49,490 nt of DNA from assembly GCA_944350305.1 (NCBI GenBank), contig CALVOO010000002.1, positions 1 to 49,490 on the forward strand, in the 5' to 3' direction. This document shows positions 27,648 through 36,266 of the stretch, piece after piece. Below the pieces are notes generated by a model. It saw only the letters and a list, made by a program, of their open reading frames with translations, had not been told where the DNA came from and made no database searches. This stretch comes from an uncultured Bacilli bacterium (lineage in GTDB: Bacteria > Bacillota_I > Bacilli_A > RF39 > UBA660). The translations under genes were made by a program, and so were the position numbers. How positions within the stretch are numbered: position 1 is the first letter of the stretch; each line of letters begins with the position of its first letter.

Positions 27648-29153
27648 ATGAAAAAAATAATGTTAATTATATTAGATGGATTTGGTATAAATTCTTCTGA
27701 GCAAGGTAATGCAATAAAACAAGCAAATACACCAGTGTTTAACAAACTAACAAGTGCCTTCCCATGTGCAGAGTTAGTAGCAAGTGGTGAAGAAGTTGGC
27801 CTTCCAAAAAATCAGATGGGAAACTCAGAAGTTGGTCACATGACAATTGGATGTGGTAAAGCTATAAAACAACCATTAACAATTATAAATGAAAAAATAA
27901 AAAGCAAAGAGTTTTTTAGTAATGAAACACTAATAGAAGTAATGAACCATGTAAAAGAAAACAACTCAAAACTACATTTAATTGGCTTATTGTCAAATGG
28001 AGGTGTACATTCAAGTGCAAATCATTTTTATGCAACACTTGCATTAGCAAAATTACAAAAAGTTAAAAATGTTTGTTTTCACTTTATAACAGACGGAAGA
28101 GATACACTTCCTACAAGCGGTTTATCATTTTTAAAAGAATTCATGGAAAAAGCAAAAAAACTAAACATAGGGTCAATAAGTACAATATCAGGAAGATATT
28201 TTTCGATGGATAGAGATAATAATTTAGAAAGAACTAAAAAAGCTTATGATGCAATGGTATATGGCATAGGAAATGAATTTAGAAATTTTGAAACATGTAT
28301 GGAAGAACACTATAAACGAAATATAACAGATGAATTTATAAACCCAAGCATAATAAATAGAAGTCAAACAATATCAGATAAAGACGGAATAATTTTTATA
28401 AACTTTAGACCAGAAAGAATGACACAATTAATAGATGCGCTTACATCAACAGATTATAAAGGATTTAAAACAAAACCGTTAAATGAAGTTAAAATGGTCT
28501 CAATATTTGAAATACATAAAAAAATACCACATGCATACAAGCTAGAAAAAATAGAAACAACATTTGGAAAATATATAGATGGATTGGAATACAAACAAGC
28601 TCGAATAGCTGAAACAGAAAAATATGCACATGTAACATATTTCTTTGATGGCGGAGAAGAGTTCACATCACCAAACTGTGACAAATTTTTGATTCCATCA
28701 CCTAACGTTGCAACATACGATTTAAAACCAGAAATGAGCTTAGGAGAAGTTACAGAAACAACACTAAAAGTATTAGAAGAAGATTACGACTTTATATTAG
28801 TAAACTTTGCAAATCCAGATATGGTTGGTCATACAGGAAACTTCAAAGCAACAGTAGATGCAATAGAAATATGTGATTTTTGCTTAGGAAAAATCTATGA
28901 AAAAGCAGCAGAGTATTTTTATGATGTCATAGTTACTGCAGATCATGGTAATGCAGAATGTATGATAGATAAAAACGGAAACAGCGTTACAAGTCACACA
29001 AGCAATAAAGTTCCATTCATCCTATGTAATACAGACTACAAAATAAAAAATGAAGGGACTTTAAAAGATATAATTCCTACTATAATAGATTTATATGAGA
29101 TAAAAAAACCTGACAATATGACAGGAGAAAGTCTTATCATAAAAGATGAATAA
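27648..29153 (+). CDS. gpmI: 2,3-bisphosphoglycerate-independent phosphoglycerate mutase
   Basis: MGNSEVGH with the catalytic Ser context, and ADHGNAE. 501 aa. Confidence 0.95.
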   Translation: MKKIMLIILDGFGINSSEQGNAIKQANTPVFNKLTSAFPCAELVASGEEVGLPKNQMGNSEVGHMTIGCGKAIKQPLTIINEKIKSKEFFSNETLIEVMNHVKENNSKLHLIGLLSNGGVHSSANHFYATLALAKLQKVKNVCFHFITDGRDTLPTSGLSFLKEFMEKAKKLNIGSISTISGRYFSMDRDNNLERTKKAYDAMVYGIGNEFRNFETCMEEHYKRNITDEFINPSIINRSQTISDKDGIIFINFRPERMTQLIDALTSTDYKGFKTKPLNEVKMVSIFEIHKKIPHAYKLEKIETTFGKYIDGLEYKQARIAETEKYAHVTYFFDGGEEFTSPNCDKFLIPSPNVATYDLKPEMSLGEVTETTLKVLEEDYDFILVNFANPDMVGHTGNFKATVDAIEICDFCLGKIYEKAAEYFYDVIVTADHGNAECMIDKNGNSVTSHTSNKVPFILCNTDYKIKNEGTLKDIIPTIIDLYEIKKPDNMTGESLIIKDE

Positions 29154-29835
29154 TAAAATAATGTTGGTATCAGATTATGATGATACACTAAATATAGAAA
29201 AAGAAAAGAATTTAAAATACATTAAAATGTTTATGAAAAGTAACATATTTGTCATAGCTACAGGTAGATCATATATATCTATAAAACAAAGATTAAAACT
29301 TGATATGAAAGGATTAACACCTAACTATTTAATAACAAATCATGGAGCAACAATTATAAACAATAATAATAAAGTTATTAACACAAGTTTTATTGAAAAA
29401 GAAGTTGTTGACAAAATATTGCAACTTATCAACAGAGAAAAAATTCATAAAATAAATTACTATGGAAGCAAAAAATTTAACAGAGATATTAATAAAATAA
29501 TGTTAACTTTTAAAAACATTGAAGAGGCAACAGGCGTATTTAATATAATAAAAAATACAGATTTAGTCACGACGTATTTAATAAATAGAAAAGGAAAAAT
29601 GCCAAAAGTTGAAATCATAAATAAAAACACAAACAAGGCAAAAGCAATTAAAGTTATAGAAGAGTTAGAAAAACCATCTAAAATTGAAGTAATTGGCGAT
29701 GGAACGCAAGACATAGAAATGATAAAAGAATATAATGGTAACTGCGTAGTTAATGCGATTGATAAAGTTAAAAAAATTAGTAAAAAACAATACAAATATG
29801 TTTACGAACTAATTAAAGAATTGCAAGATAACTAG
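29146..29835 (+). CDS. Cof-type HAD-IIB family hydrolase
   Basis: Motif I DYDDTL and motif IV GDGTQDIEM. 229 aa. An alternative start exists at 29161. Confidence 0.7.
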   Translation: MNNKIMLVSDYDDTLNIEKEKNLKYIKMFMKSNIFVIATGRSYISIKQRLKLDMKGLTPNYLITNHGATIINNNNKVINTSFIEKEVVDKILQLINREKIHKINYYGSKKFNRDINKIMLTFKNIEEATGVFNIIKNTDLVTTYLINRKGKMPKVEIINKNTNKAKAIKVIEELEKPSKIEVIGDGTQDIEMIKEYNGNCVVNAIDKVKKISKKQYKYVYELIKELQDN

Positions 29836-29869
29836 TTTGTTTTATCAAAAAAAGAAAGGCGGAACTAAA

Positions 29870-30025
29870 ATGTATAAAACAGTTGTTATAGAATATTCTC
29901 CAAGAGCAAATGATATGGCGCGAAAAATAGAAGAAAAAGCCAATGAAATGTTGCTAGATGGTTATGAATTAGTAACCATTTCAATTACAGGATCAGCAAA
30001 AGCAATATTGGTATTTAAAAAGTAA
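29870..30025 (+). CDS. small DUF4177-like protein (51 aa)
   Basis: MYKTVVIEY...LLDGYELVTISITGSAKAILVFKK fits the small alpha/beta pattern with the G(W/Y)ELV motif. ATG at 29870 after AAAGGCGGA. The track start at 29837 lacks an SD. Confidence 0.45.
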   Translation: MYKTVVIEYSPRANDMARKIEEKANEMLLDGYELVTISITGSAKAILVFKK

Positions 30026-30224
30026 TAATGAATTATAAATATATAACTCAAATATTAAAAACACATTAGTTTTTAACTTTACTTTATATAATAAAACACG
30101 CATTTAGCGCGCTTTGTTTTTTTGCGATATTTTAACAATCTTTTTTTTGCATTATTTAACGTTAGAATTTTGTCCACATTTTGTGCGTTTATCCTGCAAA
30201 AAACGAAAAAAAACGAAAAAAATG

Positions 30225-30252
30225 TAGACAAAAGGGTAAAAAAATATATACT
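30225..30252 (+). promoter_or_regulatory. candidate promoter of the 48-aa/556-aa gene pair
   Basis: TAGACA (30225-30230), a 16-nt spacer, then TATACT (30247-30252). The -35 is part of an imperfect inverted repeat. Confidence 0.3.
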
Positions 30253-30347
30253 TATCATGTAAAGTTATGCTAAATCTTATAAAACTATAGCTCTTGATTT
30301 AAGCAGTATAACCTTTGAGGTTTGTGTAAAGAAAGGAATGATATTAT

Positions 30348-30494
30348 ATGAATGAATCAAATGCCAACAGAAATTTAGAAAAAATCTTGTCTTTAAGCAA
30401 AGAAGAATTAGAAAAACTATTTTCCCAATTATCAATGGAAGAAATAGAAGATTTATTGAATAAGTTAAATGAGGTGACCAACAAAAATGACTAA
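30348..30494 (+). CDS. small acidic helical protein, 48 aa, unknown function
   Basis: Manual translation gives MNESNANRNLEKILSLSKEELEKLFSQLSMEEIEDLLNKLNEVTNKND, which is below the ORF-track cutoff. AAAGGA lies 10 nt upstream. The 3' end overlaps the next ATG (30487) by 8 nt. Confidence 0.45.
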   Translation: MNESNANRNLEKILSLSKEELEKLFSQLSMEEIEDLLNKLNEVTNKND

Positions 30495-32157
30495 AGAAGA
30501 ATTTACATCAATGCTTAACTCAGAGCTTGAGAGTTTAGAAAAAGAATATCAATTAGCAACACAAAGAGTTGGATTTTTTAGAACAGTAAATTTTAGAGAC
30601 AAAGAATTTCAAGAAGCGGAATATCAATTAAAAATGGTTCGCCAAAAAGTTGAAGCATTACGAAGCCTTGTAACTCTACCCGCTTACGCAAGAATACAAG
30701 CAATGTCAGATGCTGAAATAGAAGAATTCAAAAAAGGCAAAATAGAAGAATTAGAACTAAAAATTAGAGAAATTCAAGCAAGAGAAGAACAAGAAAAAGC
30801 AAGATTCTCTCAATTAAAAGCAGAAAGAGAAAAACTTATAGTTCAATTTGGCAATCTTTCTGGTAATGAAAGAGAAATGGTTATTTATAGAGGACGACAA
30901 CTTATTGAAGAAATAAGTAGATATGATGTTAATAATCGTTGGGGTGTATTTGCAAAACTTAAAATACAAATAGAAGAAACTAGAAAACAGCAAGAACAAA
31001 TCAAAGCGATGTCATCACAAGAAATTAAACAACAATTATCTTCTGAAATAAAAGAAAGTCGTTATTTAGCGCAAAAAATAGAAATGATGAGAGATCCTAT
31101 TGCCGCATTTACAGAACTTGAAGCATCTGTTGCATCAGATCCAGAAAAAGCACAACAAATGGCTAATTTGTTAACCGCTTATGGTCGAATCTCTAATGAA
31201 CAAAGCCAAATTAAATGTAGAATGTATTTAGGATATGAATTATCCATCGCATTAGAAAAAATATTAACTAAATATTACGATCCGGAAACTAAAGAAATAA
31301 GTAATCCAGATAAATTAATGGAAGCTGTTCAAGAATTTGAAGGTTCTTTTGAACAAGCAAAAGCAAGTTTTAACGAACAATTTACACCACAAAAACTATC
31401 AAAATTAGTTGATAAATATAGTATGTATTATAGTGCGAATAGTTCAGAAGTTGATATGGGATTTTTACAACAACATACTGATAAAATAGGCGGTGGTGAA
31501 TTAGAACACTTACAAAGTTTAGTTGAGCAAAGAAACAAACTATCAAAAAAAATCTTTAAAACTAGAGATACAAAATGGAAAATTGCAGACTTAAATACTT
31601 GTATAGATGAAAAAGAAAACAAAATATATCAGGAAATAATTGGATGGTATGAATCTCAAAGCGAAAACCTTTTAGGTATAAGTCATAGTTATGGTGTTCC
31701 TTTCTATAGCCTAGAGGCATTACAAGCTGGTTTAAAAAGATGTAAAGAAGAGATTCATATCTCTGAACAAGCAATACCTAAATTAAAGGAAAGCATTAAA
31801 GAAGCAAAAGCAGAAATGGAACGCGAAAAACAAAGTTATGAAAATAAAAAAGTAGAAATTGTTCAACAAATTAGAGCTCTTAGTGGTGAAAAGCATAAAG
31901 AAACTGACATACCTAATTATGTCATGGCAGATGCTGAGCATAATTTAGATCAAATCGCGAAAGCTCCATCTTATGTATATCAAAAAGATATTGTTGATAG
32001 AGTGCAACAAGAAGCACAAAATCAGGCTGATATAAAAGAAGCTGAATTAAGAGGACTTACTATAGAACAATTATTACAAATGAGAAAACAAGCAAAAGCA
32101 ATGGATGATGAATCAATAATTGAAGCTAATGAAGAATCAGTTTCACATAGTATTTAA
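30487..32157 (+). CDS. 556-aa coiled-coil protein of unknown function
   Basis: Long ORF with SD GAGGTGA (30471-30477). E/K/Q/A-rich heptad-like sequence. No TM segment, signal peptide, P-loop or recognisable catalytic motif. Followed by a strong terminator. Confidence 0.8.
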   Translation: MTKEEFTSMLNSELESLEKEYQLATQRVGFFRTVNFRDKEFQEAEYQLKMVRQKVEALRSLVTLPAYARIQAMSDAEIEEFKKGKIEELELKIREIQAREEQEKARFSQLKAEREKLIVQFGNLSGNEREMVIYRGRQLIEEISRYDVNNRWGVFAKLKIQIEETRKQQEQIKAMSSQEIKQQLSSEIKESRYLAQKIEMMRDPIAAFTELEASVASDPEKAQQMANLLTAYGRISNEQSQIKCRMYLGYELSIALEKILTKYYDPETKEISNPDKLMEAVQEFEGSFEQAKASFNEQFTPQKLSKLVDKYSMYYSANSSEVDMGFLQQHTDKIGGGELEHLQSLVEQRNKLSKKIFKTRDTKWKIADLNTCIDEKENKIYQEIIGWYESQSENLLGISHSYGVPFYSLEALQAGLKRCKEEIHISEQAIPKLKESIKEAKAEMEREKQSYENKKVEIVQQIRALSGEKHKETDIPNYVMADAEHNLDQIAKAPSYVYQKDIVDRVQQEAQNQADIKEAELRGLTIEQLLQMRKQAKAMDDESIIEANEESVSHSI

Positions 32158-32174
32158 AGAATAATTTAAATTTT

Positions 32175-32218
32175 GAAAATCCAGAAGAATTTATGTAACT
32201 AATGGATTTTCTTTTTTT
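32175..32218 (+). terminator. rho-independent terminator after the 556-aa ORF
   Basis: GAAAATCCA (32175-32183) pairs perfectly with TGGATTTTC (32203-32211), followed by T7. Confidence 0.75.
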
Positions 32219-32599
32219 ACTAACTATATTTGAGGCTACTAATACACTACCGAAATAGACAAACAATCTAAAAATGTTAATTTAAAGTTGAAATGTAACA
32301 CCTCACTGTTTATAAAGGCGTGTGGATAATCTATAATATATTTTGCTTACAGAGAAAGGAAAATTCATATGACTAGAGAAGATAATAGACTAAAACAAAA
32401 ATAAAAAATGCATTGATTTAATAGAAAAATAGTCGATTTGTAATTTTCAATAATTTTTCGTTTTCAATACATGCTATAATAATAAACAAATTGCTTAAGA
32501 AGATATTATATATTCTTTTAAAACTAACAGCACATTAATTGTGCAATTTCAAAAAAATCTACACGTCAAAAAATTGTTTTTGCACAAATTAAAAAATGC

Positions 32600-32628
32600 T
32601 TGATTTTTTGGCATGTTTAGCATATAAT
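32600..32628 (+). promoter_or_regulatory. S10 operon promoter
   Basis: TTGATT (32600-32605), a 17-nt spacer, then TATAAT (32623-32628). Confidence 0.65.
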
Positions 32629-32634
32629 TGACTA

Positions 32635-32762
32635 TGTATGACTGGCGAAGACACGCAAGGTTGCTGATACACCCGGTTAAGTTGTAAAATACTTAATTAG
32701 TATTCAGGTAATTTGCGCCGAGCAAGTCTATTAAATAAAGATAGGCGAAGGAGGGTAAAAAA
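32635..32762 (+). promoter_or_regulatory. structured ~128-nt 5' leader of the S10 operon (candidate r-protein autoregulatory element)
   Basis: Locally G+C-richer than its flanks. GACT-GGCG (32640-32647) can pair with CGCC...AGTC (32716-32728). Hairpin AATACT/AGTATT (32688-32704). GGCGAAG occurs at 32644-32650 and again at 32744-32750, abutting the SD. Confidence 0.4.
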
Positions 32763-33071
32763 ATGTCAAATAACAAAGTTCGTATTAGACTTAAATCATT
32801 TGATCACAGAATTTTAGATCAAGCAGGAGCTAAAATTGTAGAAACTGTAAAGAGAACTGGTGGTGAAGTGAGTGGACCAATTCCACTACCAACAGAAGTT
32901 GACAAAATCACAATTTTAAGAGCCGTGTACAAATACAAAGATTCACGTGAACAATTTGAAATGCGTACACACAAAAGAATAATTGATATTAAAAATCCAA
33001 GCAAGGAAACAATCGAATCATTAACACACTTAGACTTGCCAAGCGGAGTAGATATCGAAATTAAATTATAA
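32763..33071 (+). CDS. rpsJ: 30S ribosomal protein S10
   Basis: [15 protein letters not shown]... is a canonical S10 sequence. First gene of the operon. Confidence 0.97.
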   Translation: MSNNKVRIRLKSFDHRILDQAGAKIVETVKRTGGEVSGPIPLPTEVDKITILRAVYKYKDSREQFEMRTHKRIIDIKNPSKETIESLTHLDLPSGVDIEIKL

Positions 33072-33090
33072 TATTTAGGAGGAGTTAAAA

Positions 33091-33870
33091 ATGAAAGGAA
33101 TCTTAGGACGTAAAGTTGGAATGACGCAAGTATTCACAACTGACGGAAAATTAATACCTGTAACTGTAATTGAAGTTGAAAAAAACGTAATAACACAAAT
33201 CAAAACAGTTGAAAAAGACGGGTATAACAGTATCCAATTAGGCGCATTTGATAAAAAAGAAAAAGTATCAAACAAACCTGAAATGGGACATGCAAAAAAA
33301 GCAAACACAATGCCTAAGCGCTTCTTAAAAGAAATAAAAGGAATAGATGTTTCTAACTATGAAGTAGGGCAAGTAATCGCAGGAGATATATTTGAAGCAG
33401 GAGAATTAGTAGATGTTACTGGAACAAGCAAAGGTAAAGGTTTCCAAGGAACAATCAAAAGGCATAATTTCTCAAGAGGGCCAATGTCACATGGTTCACA
33501 TTATCATAGAGCTGTAGGTTCAAGAGGACCTATGAGACCAATGAGAGTACTTAAAGGTAAAAAATTACCAGGACATATGGGAAATGAACAAGTTACTATT
33601 CAAAATCTAGAAGTAATAAGTGTTGATTTAGAAAATAATTGCATTCTAGTACAAGGTAACGTTCCAGGACCTAAAAAAGGATATGTTCTAATTAGAAGTG
33701 CAGTCAAAGGCGGAAAAAACGATGCAAAAGAACTAGTTACATACGTAATAGAAGAAGTTACTGAAAACGAAGTAAAAAAAGAAGTAGTTACTGAAGAAGT
33801 AATAGATGAACCAGTAGCCGAGACAAGTGAAAACAACGAAGAAGAAACTACACAAAAGGACGGTGAATAA
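33091..33870 (+). CDS. rplC: 50S ribosomal protein L3 with ~50-aa acidic C-terminal extension
   Basis: [15 protein letters not shown]... The conserved core ends near aa 210 and is followed by an E/V/T-rich tail. Confidence 0.95.
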   Translation: MKGILGRKVGMTQVFTTDGKLIPVTVIEVEKNVITQIKTVEKDGYNSIQLGAFDKKEKVSNKPEMGHAKKANTMPKRFLKEIKGIDVSNYEVGQVIAGDIFEAGELVDVTGTSKGKGFQGTIKRHNFSRGPMSHGSHYHRAVGSRGPMRPMRVLKGKKLPGHMGNEQVTIQNLEVISVDLENNCILVQGNVPGPKKGYVLIRSAVKGGKNDAKELVTYVIEEVTENEVKKEVVTEEVIDEPVAETSENNEEETTQKDGE

Positions 33871-33872
33871 TA

Positions 33873-34496
33873 ATGGCAAAAATAGACGTATTAAATCTAA
33901 AAGGTGAAAAAGTAAGTGATTTAACACTAAATGATACTATATGGAATACAGAAGTAAACGAAATAGTATTATCAACAGCATTAAAAAATCAATTATCATC
34001 ACTAAGACAAGGAACTGCTAAAACAAAAGGCAGAAGCGAAGTCAGCGGTGGTGGAAGAAAACCTTGGAGACAAAAAGGAACTGGTCGTGCTCGTCAAGGA
34101 TCAATAAGAAGTCCACAATGGGTAGGTGGCGGAACAGTATTTGGACCAACACCTAGAAGTTATGACAAAAAAATGAACAAAAAAGAAAGAGAGATTGCAA
34201 TAAAATCAGCTCTTTCAGACAAATTCCAAAACAAAGAATTAATTGTAGTTGACAATATAAAAGTTGAAAGCAACAAAACAAAAGAAATATTAGGATACTT
34301 AAATATATTAAAAGCAGATGCTAAAACATTAATAGTAACTAATACAGAAGACGACAAATTACTATTAGCAACAAGAAATCTAGAAAATGTATTAACAATA
34401 AATCCAACAAACATAAACGTATTAGCAGTAGTTAATGCAAATAGTTTAGTAATAGATGTTGACAGTGTTAAAAAGATAGAGGAGGTGCTTAAATAA
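33873..34496 (+). CDS. rplD: 50S ribosomal protein L4
   Basis: GGGRKPWRQKGTGRARQGSIRSPQW motif. Confidence 0.97.
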   Translation: MAKIDVLNLKGEKVSDLTLNDTIWNTEVNEIVLSTALKNQLSSLRQGTAKTKGRSEVSGGGRKPWRQKGTGRARQGSIRSPQWVGGGTVFGPTPRSYDKKMNKKEREIAIKSALSDKFQNKELIVVDNIKVESNKTKEILGYLNILKADAKTLIVTNTEDDKLLLATRNLENVLTINPTNINVLAVVNANSLVIDVDSVKKIEEVLK

Positions 34497-34768
34497 TGGA
34501 ATACTACGAAATAATAAAGGCACCAGTTATAACTGAAAAAACACAAAAACTAGCACAAGACAACGTAATAGTTTTTAAAGTTGATAAAAAAGCAAATAAG
34601 ACACAAATAAAACAAGCAATTGAGAAAAAATTCAATGTAAAAGTAGAAAAAATCACAACATTAAATACCAAAGGCAAAAAAAGAAGAGTAGGACGTTACA
34701 CAGGAACAACTAAACAATACAAAAAAGCCATGGTAAAACTAATGGAAGGCTCTAAAATAGAGTTTTAA
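34496..34768 (+). CDS. rplW: 50S ribosomal protein L23
   Basis: IIKAPVITEKT... with conserved operon order. Confidence 0.95.
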   Translation: MEYYEIIKAPVITEKTQKLAQDNVIVFKVDKKANKTQIKQAIEKKFNVKVEKITTLNTKGKKRRVGRYTGTTKQYKKAMVKLMEGSKIEF

Positions 34769-34784
34769 TTAGGAGGGTTAAGAA

Positions 34785-35618
34785 ATGCCAATAAGAAAAT
34801 ATAAACCAATAACAAATGGTACTAGACACATGACAACTCTAGTAAACGAAGAAATAACAAAGACTACTCCAGAAAAAAGTCTACTTTCTAGCAAAAACAA
34901 AAAAGCTGGAAGAAACAATCAAGGAAAAATAACAGTTAGACACAGAGGCGGCGGAGTAAAAAGAAAATACCGTGTAATAGATTTCAAAAGAAATAAAGAC
35001 GGCGTAATTGGAACAGTAAGCGCAATAGAATACGATCCAAACAGAAGTGCAAACATTGCATTAATTACTTACGCAGATGGAGAAAAAAGATATATTATTG
35101 CTCCACTAAACATCAAAGTTGGAGATAAAATCGAAAGCGGAGAAAACGTAGATATCAAAACAGGAAATTCATTACCAATAATGAATATTCCAGTAGGTAC
35201 AGTAGTTCATAACATAGAATTACATCCAGGAAAAGGCGGAAGCCTAGCAAGAAGTGCTGGAAGCAGTGCACAAATACTAGGAAGAGAAGATAAATACGTA
35301 TTAATAAGATTAAAAAGCGGAGAAACAAGAAAAATACAAGGAACATGTAGAGCAACAATAGGTGAAGTTGGAAACTTAGACCATGAACTTGTACATCTTG
35401 GAAAAGCTGGAAGAAAAAGAAAAATGGGAATCAGACCAACAGTACGTGGATCTGTAATGAACCCTAACGATCACCCACACGGTGGTGGTGAAGGACGTGC
35501 ACCAATCGGACGTAAAGGACCTATGACACCTTGGGGTAAACCAGCACTTGGATTAAAAACAAGAAAAACTAAAAAGCAAAGCGAGAAATTAATCATATCT
35601 CGTAGAAAGAAAAAATAG
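34785..35618 (+). CDS. rplB: 50S ribosomal protein L2
   Basis: [18 protein letters not shown] motif. 277 aa. Confidence 0.97.
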   Translation: MPIRKYKPITNGTRHMTTLVNEEITKTTPEKSLLSSKNKKAGRNNQGKITVRHRGGGVKRKYRVIDFKRNKDGVIGTVSAIEYDPNRSANIALITYADGEKRYIIAPLNIKVGDKIESGENVDIKTGNSLPIMNIPVGTVVHNIELHPGKGGSLARSAGSSAQILGREDKYVLIRLKSGETRKIQGTCRATIGEVGNLDHELVHLGKAGRKRKMGIRPTVRGSVMNPNDHPHGGGEGRAPIGRKGPMTPWGKPALGLKTRKTKKQSEKLIISRRKKK

Positions 35619-35633
35619 AAAGGATTTGTGAGT

Positions 35634-35900
35634 ATGTCAAGAAGTTTAAAAAAAGGACCATATGTATTTGATAGATTACTTAAAAAAGTACGTACATTAA
35701 ATGAAACTGGTAAAAAAGAAGTTATAAAAACTTGGTCACGCCGTTCAACAATATATCCTGATTTTGTAGGGCACACATTTGCTGTACACAACGGAAAAGA
35801 TTTCATACCAGTTTATGTAACAGAAGACATGGTAGGTCACAAACTAGGAGAATTCGCTTTAACACGTAAGTTTGGTGGACACGCTGGCGAAAACAAATAG
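35634..35900 (+). CDS. rpsS: 30S ribosomal protein S19
   Basis: [10 protein letters not shown]... ATG at 35634 after AAAGGA. The track start at 35628 is a GTG two codons earlier. Confidence 0.95.
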   Translation: MSRSLKKGPYVFDRLLKKVRTLNETGKKEVIKTWSRRSTIYPDFVGHTFAVHNGKDFIPVYVTEDMVGHKLGEFALTRKFGGHAGENK

Positions 35901-35911
35901 GAGGGTAATAT

Positions 35912-36262
35912 ATGGAAGCATATGCAATACATAAAGGTGCATTAATCGCACCTAGAAAAGCAAGAATGACTCTAGATTTAGTTAGAGGCAAAAGCGTAGC
36001 AGAAGCAAGAGCAATACTAGCAACAACAAACACAAAAGCATCAAGATTAATAAGCAAAGTATTAGAAAGTGCAATTGCAAACGCTATTAACAATTTAGGT
36101 TTAGACGAAAACAACTTATATATTAAAGAAACATACATAAATGAAGGACCAACACTAAAAAGGTCAAAAATAGCATCACGTGGAAACGTAGATAGAAGAG
36201 ACAAAAGAAGCAGTCATATTTACGTAAAAGTAAGTGACTTAAATACAATAAAGGAGGACTAA
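35912..36262 (+). CDS. rplV: 50S ribosomal protein L22
   Basis: [18 protein letters not shown]-type sequence with conserved operon order. Confidence 0.95.
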   Translation: MEAYAIHKGALIAPRKARMTLDLVRGKSVAEARAILATTNTKASRLISKVLESAIANAINNLGLDENNLYIKETYINEGPTLKRSKIASRGNVDRRDKRSSHIYVKVSDLNTIKED

Positions 36263-36266
36263 CGCT

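Noticed and set aside
29154-30025. Enolase is absent after gpmI. A HAD hydrolase and a DUF4177-like ORF are found there instead.
   Set aside because: eno is often encoded elsewhere, so its absence from this window says nothing about the genome. It is noted only as context for the disrupted glycolytic cluster.
30170-32329. DnaA-box-like 9-mers: a perfect TGTGGATAA (reverse complement of TTATCCACA) at 32321-32329, TTGTCCACA at 30170-30178, and TTATCCTGC at 30189-30197. Together they suggested a possible oriC-like region flanking the island.
   Set aside because: One perfect 9-mer is about what chance predicts in ~49 kb on both strands. The boxes are sparse and far apart. Gene orientation is + on both sides, with no strand switch. 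No dnaA or dnaN is nearby.
32369-32404. An 11-codon ORF (MTREDNRLKQK) with an SD and an upstream TATAAT.
   Set aside because: It is too short to call as a gene without conservation or expression data. It is mentioned only as a possible relic or leader peptide in the finding on 32219-32599.
30200-32464. AAAACGAAAAA occurs in tandem at 30200-30220 and inverted (TTTTTCGTTTT) at 32454-32464. These were considered as terminal inverted repeats delimiting a 2.3-kb mobile insertion.
   Set aside because: This is an 11-mer of very low complexity in A/T-rich DNA. There are no flanking target-site duplications, no extended similarity beyond the core, and no transposase or integrase. It remains only a weak hint.
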